In this document: positions 25,170-36,430 of the stretch, one piece after another
Numbering within the stretch: the stretch's first letter is position 1
Layout of the letters: every line of letters begins with the position of its first letter
NCBI GenBank assembly: GCA_040954595.2
Contig: CM082579.2
Coordinates: 4,453,227-4,517,226 of the forward strand
Length of the DNA: 64,000 nt
Origin: Balanoglossus misakiensis
Lineage: Eukaryota; Animalia; Hemichordata
Direction of reading: 5' to 3'
Notes under the pieces: model-generated
What the model saw: the letters and a program-made list of their open reading frames with translations, nothing else
The model's database searches: none
What the model was told of the DNA's origin: nothing
Program-made: the position numbers and the translations under genes

Positions 25170-28100
25170 ATGAGCTCAGAGATGGTCGAATTCAACAAGA
25201 AGCTAACGCAGAAATACGGCGACGACGAGGGTTCCTCGAATCCGAACATGTCGATGATCCTCGGCCAGTTTTGCAACGACTCGTTGGATTACTCCGATTC
25301 CTACTACGACTACTACGGGAATCACTCCGACTCGTCCGGCGGCAGAGCGCCGGTCACCATGGACAAGACCCTGCTGGCCTTCCTCTACTCTTTGATCTTC
25401 TTCTTCGCGATTGTCGGCAACGGACTGGTCATCATCACGCTGATACAGAACAGGCGGATGCGCAACGTGACCAATCTGTTCCTCTTCAGTCTGGCCCTCA
25501 GCGATCTCCTGTTCACTGTGTTCTGCATGCCGTCGACCATCGTCGGTGCCATTTTGCAGAACTTCATTTTCGGGGCGGGTTTCTGCCGCTTCATTGCCTA
25601 TTTCCAAGGTGAGTGCACACTTTACTTTTTTTAAATTATCCCTGACTGCACATTTATACGACTCTACAAAAATCAGACTCAGGAAAGCAGGCGGACTTAA
25701 ACGCAGACAGACAGACGAGAATTGACAAGAGGGTCCCTGATTACTTCCTACATATCATCAGTAATCATGAGAAGATGCATGTTGTCCCTAACCTGAGAGA
25801 AAAGGACGCCTCATAATATCTACATGGAAACATACTCTGTAGGAGAGCGTGTGTAAGAAAGGCTAAAAACTAAGCGACATCCATACATACAAAGACCTCA
25901 GCGTACCGTTCTATCAATAATTACAAAGGCGGTATGCTGGATTATGAAAGACGGACAACACATGTAGTTTGACACAGTTTGTTTGGCGATGCATATTAAC
26001 AAGTATCGAGCCGAGGCTCGCTTTAAAAGCATAAGCCAACGACAAGGCTAATCGGATCATACGGTGTTTGAACCAAGTGGACGTTAAATGCTCAGAAAAT
26101 AATCCCGCCTATGTCAGGCCTATCAACTTAGATGTTGAAAACAGCGAGTTCGAAGGATAACTCTCATAGGGGACAAGCGCACCTGTGACTATTTGCTTAT
26201 TAGCAGCATTTTCGTTCACTGTGTGCCAAATGTTCGGCTTCAAATCATCATAGCCTGCACAGAACGTGTGTGACCACAACTGCCATTGTTGGCAAGTTGA
26301 AATCCTGACAACGAATTCACAATTACTGCAAAACACAGAAACAATATAACACAACCAACTACACTGCAAAGAATGACAGACACACCCCGATCGACTGTTA
26401 ACATCACGTGACTAACATCCACAGAGGAAACTAGACCATCTGTTCGCGATCCATACTGATTGGTTTTATAACTTCGTTACACGAGTTATCTCGTTTAAAT
26501 TTGATTTAATTTGCAAATGGCAGATTTGGGGAAACAAAGAGGCCAATACCTGAGAACCCTTTGCGCGCAATTATCAGAATTGGCCGTGGCGCCAAGTGCG
26601 CGGTCGTTCGGGCGGGAAATTCTCTGCCCTTTTTCGTGTGCCTATTCTCTTAAAGGGGAAATCCGCTGTAGCTGATTTCTACATAATTTGGTAGCTTTGA
26701 TGTCTCTCTTTCAGAAAAAAACATATTCGCCATGTATAGGTCGCGCGATTTTTTACAAAATCTAGGGAAAGTTGGCAATATGGCGTTTACTGTAATTTGA
26801 ATCATGGGAAAAAAAGCGCCAGGAGCAACTTCCGCCCACCATGGTGTGGGTGATACCATTCTCCGATTGGTGTCACTGGTCGACAGACTAGGCGTATTTT
26901 CATAGCTATTGTTTGTTCTTTGCATCAGTTGATAAACAATCATCAGCAAAGTCGAAAATTTGTCATCTATTGACAGTTTTCATGAGCTATAACCCATGAA
27001 AAATATGCAAATACGCTTAGCTTGTGACACAGTGACACCAATCGGAAAATGGTATCACCCACACCAAGGTGGGCGGAAGTTGGTCCTGGCGCTTTTTTTC
27101 CCATGATTCAAATTACAGTAAACGCCATATTGGAAATTCTGCCAACTTTCCCTACATTTTGTAAAAAATCGCGCGACCTATACATGGCGAATATGTTTTT
27201 TTCTGAAAGAGAGACATCAAAGCTACCAAATTATGTAGAAATCAGCTACAGCGGATTTCCCCTTTAATTGACGAAGTTCGAGTACTCAGTTTTGCATTCG
27301 CATATTTCTCCAGTGTCTTGGTCGCAAATAAATAAGTTATAAATGAATAAATAAGTTCAAATCATGTCTGTGCGCAGTGTTCTTGCACAGAAGACATGAT
27401 CTAACGATTAGTGTACGGTGTGAAGTTGGCGTTTGGCTGATTATTAAGTACATTGGGTCAAAGGTGAGCGATAGGGAAGCCGAGAAGACGAACATGCAGG
27501 CAGTAAATTAAATCTAGATGTGTTTGATAGGCAGATGGACACAGATTCGCCTGGCGCATGCAATCGATCGGCCATGAAGTCACCGCTTGTCAGACAACGG
27601 TTGAAATAATTTGTTGGATAGTGGGAAATTGGTCAGTCCGCGGGTGCTGAGCAGAACATCAACAGGCTGAGTCATTTTGTCGTAGTCTCTTCGGATTTGA
27701 AACTTGTCCGTTAAATATTTAAAGCACCCTCTCTCGATTCGGGTTCGGTAAATGTCAAATTCTGCCGATGAAGTCGTTAACTTTTTGGCGGCTTTTAAGA
27801 ACTATCAGTCGCCTGCCTATACGAATCGGATTACCTGAGCTCAGGGAGAAACGGAGGAATCTAATTCTTTTCACGGATGTAAATTTTTAAAAGTTAAGTC
27901 AAAATCAGCTCTCCGGTCATGCTACACAGAAGATAATCTTCTTCATTTCCTATGCTAGCACTTTTCACAAAGTAACTTTAAACCGCCTCCCTTAGGATCA
28001 GCTGAAACTTTGACGACTGTGTACGGTGAACAGTGCGATGCTTGTTGTTCTGACACGACTCGGAGCTTGTGAAGTTGTCGAGGATATGTTTTATTCAAAA

Positions 28101-31100
28101 TCCCGAAGAATCACTTTTTCATGCGAACACCTTTTTTCATGGGCTTTTGTGGTGACAACTTGCGACAATGAAAAAGACAACGAAAGCTCGTTCGTGTATA
28201 TAAAATAATCATTTTAAATTTAGTAAGCTTGCGTGCCTCGGGGACGGATTTTTCAGAAAAATGATAGTCCCGGGCCACGTAACACAGAAGAAGACTGGGC
28301 GTTAAGCTGCGTTCTCTTGGAATTTGACAAAGATTTGAGGGCGTATTCCATGTTATACAGTTTCAATTTGGATGCTTTCTTCATCGCCAGTCGCTTAGAA
28401 AATAAACGCAACGAAGAGAAATGAACTCGCGTTTCGTGTCATCAATCTTAGTTCACAGTCAGTGTACATGTTACATTGCGCCCACAAAATTAGCACGATA
28501 AATCCATGTCAATTTTACAAATCACTGAACAGGCGTTGGCCTATGGTTTCTATAATATCCAATTTGTACTGGTTTTCCACTCTTCGACCTAAATACTACA
28601 TTGATAGACGTATGTGAATTTGGATCATTTGGCATGAAGATCAACTTTTGATAAATATAAATTTGATATACTGTAACTGTTAAGGAACATAGACATGTAC
28701 GTACAACATCTTTTTAGTACCAACTTTTCTAACGGAAAAATCGCTGCTGATTTTGTCATAATCTATAGCTAGAGAGTAAAGTAGAGACTTTTCAGGTGTC
28801 CTAGATCCTGAACCCAACAAATGCACTATGATGGCCTTTAACAATTCTATAGACAGACAATAAAAACACGTTTCACATTCCTATCCCATCGTCTCGTAAA
28901 TAGGGGTTAATGGTGACGTCACACAACCAGCAGAAAGATAACGTTATCCTTCAATAAATACAAAAGTCGGAGAAGAATTGACATTTATGGGTGGCGTTTG
29001 CAAATATTATGTATCTCTGTTATGTTAACCGTGGCCTAAAACCCAATAAATTGTCTGTAAGGCTGTGTGATCACGCATCTGACGTGAATCAATGTACATT
29101 TCAAAGCCCACTTCCGATTATAGCCGTCACTTGACGCGGCTGTAATTTCCGTTCTGATGTATACCGATTCTCTGATACGGCAGTTTGAAAATGACAACGT
29201 TGCTGTAATTATCTGATTTGCCAAGACGGGCAAGGGAGAGTTGGTGCAACTTCGCCGGCGATATCTGTACACACACAAAAAAAGAACCTTGATGGAACTC
29301 GATCGGACAGTATACGTTCATTTTGATAAGCAGGAAATTAATCAGACTGTGTAGGCAGAATACCTGATCAGAGTTGATTCGGCACTTCAGGACACTGAGC
29401 CTAATTTTATGCCCACATAAAAATCTCGGAGGGGATTCTTTCTGTTTTTCCTAATGAGCCGTTTCCTTGGCACAACGTTGTTATTTGATTACGCTCATTA
29501 GGGTGTACAAAATGTAACTTGCAGATCGGAAGATGCAACTGACTTCGCGAATACCGCGATCGGCATTTGCCAAGCCGCTTTTCTGTGTTAAAATGAGATT
29601 TTCTCTAATGTGTCCTAGTCCTCATTAATTTTGAATAATGTCAGCGGAGTAAACGTGTGCACAACAATTGGTGACGTCACAAATTATTCGGGCAAGTGCC
29701 TATAGGCCTACAGCGTTGCATGGTGTATTTCTACCGATCTGCCACGAGGGCAGCAATATTTCTGAGCTGCCAGAAGGACAATTACAACACTACACAGGGC
29801 CAGACTCTGTGTTCTCTAGGGACAGTCTGGCTGAGATATTGCACTGCTGCAGGGCAATACCCGGCTACTGTACTGCATGCACTGGCGCAATAGCTGCAGT
29901 GCTCAGTCGCGCACGCTTTCGCCTGAACATTTCATTTTCTTTCGGCGAAGGCCTATACCAGAACTTCATTAAAGTACATGTACCTTGCTGGAATACATTA
30001 TCAATCAATACAACAACTATATATTTACAAAAACTGTTACTTACAGGACAGGATTTGCGCAATGGGGGCCACAGTCCATGAGAAAGCGCGTCCTCCATTT
30101 TCATAAAGTCACTGTCCAAGTTGGTGGTTTATGCACATAATCTTGAATGAAGCTACCAAAATCATGGAAAATCCAGTCCATATCCCACAGGTGGCACAGT
30201 CATGACCTTCACTTTCGCGAAATTGTTCTGCAGGGGACATTCGGAATACGTCGTTCTCGTCACTGCTTTCGGCCATGCATGTTTGCACGTCAAAGATCGA
30301 CTTCCAAATGATGGCAACGTGGCACCTCATTGACCACGTGACAAATGCGCTGGTTGACAATCATCCAATCGAAAAGTGTCATTCACCAGGTGCCTTTTGT
30401 GAAGCTTGTGATTGGTTGACGTGATTGAAAAGTTGTTTAGCATAACAAAATCACAGATGTTGCGTTGATGTTACGTGTTACAAGCCGGATAATGCAATCG
30501 TTTTTGGAAAGTAGCTTCGATATAGTTACATTCTTTCTGTGGTCGGCTTTTCCCTGATTAAGTCATAAGTATGCATGCATTAAGCCTAATGAGGACAAAT
30601 CTAATGGAATTTTTAGAAGTTTGAATTAAATTAGCCCGGCTAAATTCACTTTCCGAACATCAAGCGCTCGTCACTGGCGCTGCTATCAACACTCTCAAAG
30701 CAGATTTCTCGGCCAGCTACGCTACGCGGGGCTTGCAAAGAATTAACCCAATGGAAATTTGAGCAAAATATAGATTAAAGAAAACGTGACCACGGAAATA
30801 GAGAAGCCAAAGCGGGGGAAAGGTAATCACCGGCGAACATCGACTCGATACGGAGGCGCGCTAATTTTGCCGATCTCGGATAACACAGCCTGCCGGGGCA
30901 TTGTGTACAATATCAAACATCTCGCCTGATCTTAAATAGTCTTTCCAGTTTTTAGTGATACAGTTGCGAGTACGAGAGAAGTTCGGGGGTTGTTCAACGT
31001 GCACGGCAGAATTTCAGTTCTGCTCACTAAGATTTAGTCCGCGTGACGTGAACTCCGAGTCGTTGATAATTTTCAGTTCTATTTACGCACATATCCGTAA

Positions 31101-33565
31101 AGTTTCAAACTCGTAAATTTGCTTGTGTTTGCATTACGGCATCTTCATTCTGAACGGAAACGACGCTGTTTTATTGCCGCCGCAACGACACTTGATTCAT
31201 GTTGCGCCGCAGTAATTTCTCATGACAGTGAATCCATATTTTACTATTTTCTGTTTGTATCTGTAGAGGTGTCCGTCTTCGTGTCTGTCTGGACCCTCGT
31301 GGCCATCTCCATGGAGCGCTACTTCGCCATCTGTCGTCCGCTGAGCTCCCGCAGGTGGCAGACCAAAACCCACGCCTACCGGACGATTGGCCTGGTCTGG
31401 TCGGCGGCCTTAACTCTCTGCATCCCGTCTGTCGTCTACGCCAATCTGCGCCGAATCAGAGGCAATAAGTACCAGTGTAGTGAGTTCGAGAGCTGGCCAA
31501 GTGAGCTGACCTACCGCATATATTTTGTAAGTGCACGCGCACACACACACATAACGTGTAAAAATATATTGGTACATGCAGACATTGTGTCAGTTCGTGT
31601 ATAGCTATAATCCGTACGGACAGTTGACATAGGGGTTACTTTGCATTTAATGGGATATTAAAGTTGGGGTGTTGATATCCATTTCACTCCATTTTACAGC
31701 GTAACTTTACTAACACATGTATAATGTGTGTCTGCCCCCCCCCATACACTGTCTATACCTGTCTCTTTCCCCTGTCTTCCTTCCCTCTATCCCTTTTCGC
31801 TATTTTCATCTGTGTTTGTTTCATGTTTTGCTTTCACCTTGCTGTACCCGCGTCTCGGTTTTCTTCTCTCCGTCTACGGCCCCCGTACAGACATGGCTGT
31901 TTGTAATAATGATGATAGCGCCATTAATCCTGATGTCAGTGGCGTATTTCCTAATCATTAAGGATCTCTGGCGGGGAATGAAGAATGAAAGCCACGCCAC
32001 CGTGTACATTGAAGGTAGGCTTATCTTTTGAAGTATTGACCCCTACCCCCCCCCCCCCCCCCGTGTTAGGTTAGGCATTGACACATGTTATGTAGAGTTC
32101 TGACAAATATTACTTAATGATTAAAATACTGCGGTAATTTCCGCTGGCCAGCTCAGGGGAGACAGAGGCGGATTTCCAATATAAGGCAGCGCTGAATTGA
32201 GTTCTTCTGGGCGCTTTTGTCATCTGACATCCCGTCGCGCTACCTATCATAGCCCATTAAATCAGTGTTCTTTCGCTGGAATGAGGTTTTCATGGGCCCA
32301 TGCTAAATGCAATCCCCCGAAGAACTTTCTCCGGAAGTAAACACATTCAATCAAGCGTCGTCCTGATAGGTTTTTTTGGAAGTCGCTGTTCTGAACGCGA
32401 GCGCTGCATGTACGCGCAAGTCCCCAAAGAAACACGCCGTTAGGAGAACTTATCAATAATTGCCAGTAGCAGAGTAAAAGGCCGGCCGGCTTCTTTTTTT
32501 GCGGAGATTCGACAGGCCACGTGACCCTATTCTCCTGATTGCGCGCAATGAGGTCGCTTTGACATTAGCGTTGCTTTGTTCATGTCTTCTCCTTGGAGGG
32601 AACCCATATTCTGTACTGACATGGCAGGTGCCCTAATAAGGGGATGATGACTACATCTCACAGAACTAACTAACTAGGTGACTGATTAACAAGTTGACTG
32701 ACTGACTGATTGACTGACTGACTGACTAATCAAGAAGTATAACAACCCAGTGAGGAGATATACAATAACTTATGGATTATTTTAACCTTGTTTAACGACC
32801 AGATTCTGCTACAGATAATGAAAACCTCGATGGCGATCTGAATACAGTCAACAGCATGAAAGAGGGCTCAGTGAAGAAGGCCGCTCCGAAAAACCGCATC
32901 AGAAAAGTGCGAAGCAGCGCCACCAACGCCGCCAAGAAGAGGGTGGTCGCCATGTTGGTGGTGGTCGTGGTGCTCTTCTTCGTCTGCTGGACTCCGTTCT
33001 GGTGCCTCAACATGTGGTACACTTTCGACCGCGTGGCGGCGCAGTCGGCGCTGACACACGTGGAGGTGGTGATGGTCAAGCTGGTGACGTACCTTTCCTG
33101 CTGCATCAATCCCATCATATACTGTTTCATGTTGAAGAAGTTCAGGCAGGGTTTCCGGGAGGTGTTCTCCTTCTGCGGCCTGGGTCCGGGCGAAGACGGC
33201 AGGAGTATAGGCGGTCCAATGACAGGTCCGTGTAATAATTTCTAGCTGCGAGCCATTTTGATGTAATCGCGCCAAAAATAATATAATTCGTAGTTTGCAT
33301 ATTTTGGTCTGTGGTGATTTATAATAAGATTTTGAATACAAAAAATAATACCACAAGCAAATGAAGTGTTTTCTTCTAAAGACGAGATACCAATCTCGCT
33401 GCCTTACACAGCTAAAGAGTTAAACACGTGGTAATGAATAAGTTTTCTTCATCTCTTTTTCCCCATGTAGCTAGGACTCAAAGTTCCAAGCGCACGACCC
33501 AGACATCTCTGAGAACGCAAATATCGCTGGCGGCTCGCAAAGGGGACACGCAATTTGACCAGTGA
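25170..33565 (+). CDS. CCKR: Cholecystokinin/gastrin/sulfakinin-type class A GPCR, paralogue 2 (4-5 coding exons, ~446 aa spliced or ~421 aa if the last intron is retained)
   Basis: Exons 25170-25608, 31267-31526, 31891-32014, 32803 (or 32815)-33225 and 33471-33565; phases 1, 0, 1, 1; total 1341 nt, open. Motifs GNGLVIITLIQNRRMRNVTNLFLFSLALSD, ISMERYFAICRPL, AKKRVVAML, CWTP, CCINPIIYCFM. The first three introns are at the same positions as in paralogue 1. Confidence 0.92.
26654..27263. mobile_element. Non-autonomous DNA transposon (MITE), Kolobok/T2-like
   Basis: TTAA TSD (26650-26653 and 27264-27267), AGGGG...CCCCT termini and near-perfect inverted arms of ~250 bp (26654-~26904 vs ~27003-27263, with a 9-bp indel) around a ~100-bp spacer. 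No transposase. Lies in intron 1 of CCKR paralogue 2. Confidence 0.92.
32695..32727. repeat. (ACTG)n microsatellite
   Basis: tgactgactgactgattgactgactgactgact in intron 3 of CCKR paralogue 2; similar degenerate tracts at ~40017-40066 and ~45950-46020. Confidence 0.8.
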
Positions 33566-35717
33566 TGGCGCTTTCCACCAACCTGTTGCGTGCACCAGCT
33601 TCTTGTGCTTGGAAGAGTACCACAGTGCGCAACAGCTATGCATGTCCCCACTGCAAGAGATGTGACTGTGTGTGTTGTATGCCCGGGCGGGCGCATAGCC
33701 ATCCTCGCGAACTTGTCCCGAAGACACAGACCGTTACACACAGTCGATCATGCCGACAGACTGCCACTTGAAATCGGGTGACAGACGAGATCAAACGCTA
33801 TCGAGATTTGAACAGTGGCGTGCATACACGGTGCATTTGCATTGGACGGGATTTGAAAATTACATTTCTCTCCTAAGTTATCGGCATCTGCTCTGAGCAT
33901 GACAGGTCACAAAATCACCAATTACTAGTATAAGTATACATATTTTTTTCTCGCTGTATCCGGTACATGTCCCTGGATTATATGCATACGTCACTGAACA
34001 GATCATGTAATATAGGCCTAATACAGAACATTATGGTTTTTGCATCCAAGTTCTCTCACATTTCGATTCGCTCCGACGATTTCTTCGAAAACAAGACGAT
34101 TAACCTAAAAGACGTCGACAGTTGAGCTTGTATTCCTCAGATCCGGTGTCGTAAAACAGCCTATAGCTGGATGATGATGACGTCACAACGGGAACTTTAA
34201 CCGTCGAAGTAGGATTATTCACGTATTAAATTGAGGCGATGAAATACGGAGCGTGGATCACGATCGGTGACATAAACTGGCGCGGCCATCGCGTTATTGA
34301 GTACGTGCCTGCTGGTGGACCTCAAGGGCGCACGGGGATTTCTTCCCGATGCGTGTGGGATTTACCAATTCAAGAATTCATTACCGTATATGTATACTTT
34401 TTCTCTGTGTTTAGACCCTCGATGGAAACCACTGTCTAGAGCAACCTGTATCTGTTTCCTATTCTGACCTAGACGTGTTGAAGTCATTCAGCAACATTAT
34501 ATTAGAACTCGCCTGTGATCATTTTGACACTTGCGGTCGTATTTGAAATATCGACCCACCTTTCTTTTCGTTTCACCGTGGCAATCATTGATCAGTACTG
34601 CTCGGTGGTTTTTAATTTAAACCTTGCAGTCGTAACCAAGTCATGCTAGACTTCACTTGGAAATTAACCTCGTAACCACAATCCCCGGAGGACACAAACT
34701 TGGACGTAAACATACAAGCATAAATCTCCTTTAATCAATTAATGTCGTGTAACCTATTACTCAATGACACCTTTCACTGTTCCATCCCTTGGCAAATCTT
34801 TATGAGTGTCTTTAGATGTCTGGGATGTTGGGATACTGCTGATTTTAACATGCGGTTCGGAAGCTGATTGATGAACTGTATACATGCGCAGATACAAAAG
34901 TTTTAACTGCGTCCGCGAAATCTTCACGCCAAGCATCCATGGTTTTCCTCTGTCACGGGTACCTTATTGGGTCCAAAAGGCTTGCTTAAAATCCAGCAGA
35001 CTGTTTGGAGGAATTTTGCATACGTTGAAAATGATTAAACGCCGTTTGTTCTCAATTAACACCACAATTTTGAATCTTGTGACGTTCAGTTATGGCTCAG
35101 TGGTGAATATAGAATGACCAGAGGCACCCCGTACTGTTGAGTCCTAGATGTCGTGGTCTTCATATTGTTGCATGGTAACCACGTTAGTCATTGGTGACTC
35201 TGTGCTATCGCGAACCCTGGGGTGGACCTCGTTAGTGAGTTGCAGGCTGCTATTCAACTGCGCGGGCAAAGAACCGAATATGATGTATGATTTGAGAATG
35301 TGGCATTGTTTGGGTTCCCGGAGCGGTGCGCAACGATGCTCTTTGCGCATCATCCGCCAGGCCACCGTTGTCGGGCTGGGCTTTCCAGACGAGCGGTTTT
35401 CAAAGGTAGATAGCAAATAAGTGCACGACAGGGAGCGAATAAAACTCGTTTAGTGAAATTTGGAAAACGTGCATTGTAGTGGAAAAAACAAACAGAATGT
35501 TCACGTTAGCTTGGCCACGAGTCGACGTTTGCTTATTCCAGAACGACGCGCAATGGCCTCCATATGCAAGATGATGTATAATCAAGGTAGCCACGAAAAG
35601 TCAATGGGCGCACTCGTGCCTCGCATCAAAACTCAATGTTCAATGTAAATCGTACTAAACCCTCAAAAGTATTTCTTAAAGACCAACTGAAGGCAACAAA
35701 ACTAAATTAAACCTTGC

Positions 35718-36003
35718 GGGGGGCATTGGACTCATGATCGAAGGATCGTGGGTTCGAGCAAGGCACTTTGCTTCTCATTGCTTCTCCCAACCCAGGAGTA
35801 AAGGGTACCTGGTAGAGATTGTTATGTGCATGTTTAGCTCTAAATCTGCTGCGCTGATGTAACGGATGCACATGTCACATGTTGTTTGCTCCCCAGGATG
35901 TTGAATGGAATATTTAGGTCCATTGACCAGGGGAAAACCTTGAGATGCATATCAAATGAACTATTTTAGAAATAAATATTATTATTTTTATCAATATTTA
36001 TTT
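35718..36003 (+). mobile_element. tRNA-derived SINE (5'-truncated, internally deleted; CORE-SINE-like body)
   Basis: tRNA-like segment GGACTCATGATCGAAGGATCGTGGGTTCGAG with a B box (35751-35758), then CAAGGCACTTT...CATTGCTTCTCCCAACCCAGGAGTAAAGGGTACCTGG, resembling the conserved central domain of metazoan SINE2 families, and an (ATT)n-like tail. Confidence 0.7.
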
Positions 36004-36313
36004 ATGCTACCTCTTTTAAAACTCTGCTAACAGTTTAAACTTCTTCGCTGGTGTTTGGTTTCAGTTACCAATCATTGCATCGGTGTTTCTTGGTTGCAGG
36101 TACGACTCCTAAAAATTAACACGTCTTCATCAAAATAGTATACATACCCCAACGATTCAGATTAATCTATTTACTCTATGTCCATCTAAATGGTGTTTAA
36201 ATAAGCGTAGAATCCAATCTTAAAAGTACACAATAATTATAGAAAGGTTGGCTTATCTTGTCATTATTAAAATTATCTTGCTGTTATTTTTTCATTAAAA
36301 TCGATTGAATTCT

Positions 36314-36320
36314 TATAAAA
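36314..36320 (+). promoter_or_regulatory. TATA box of the lectin-discoidin gene
   Basis: TATAAAA(AG) 117 nt upstream of the ATG at 36431. Confidence 0.6.
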
Positions 36321-36430
36321 AGACACACCTGCCAGACAAGAGGACAGTTGGCCTTAAAGCCATTTTAAAGTCTTTGCAGACAAGCTGAGAGCGCGGTTAC
36401 CATTAGTGCGATCATTTCAGAGTGCCAGCA

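Noticed and set aside
26650-27267. Two near-identical ORFs on opposite strands (26650-26949 and 27049-27267)
   Set aside because: Artefact of the MITE inverted arms; no transposase motifs
35727-35760. tRNA-like sequence with a B box
   Set aside because: No complete cloverleaf; it continues into a SINE body and tail, so it is called a SINE
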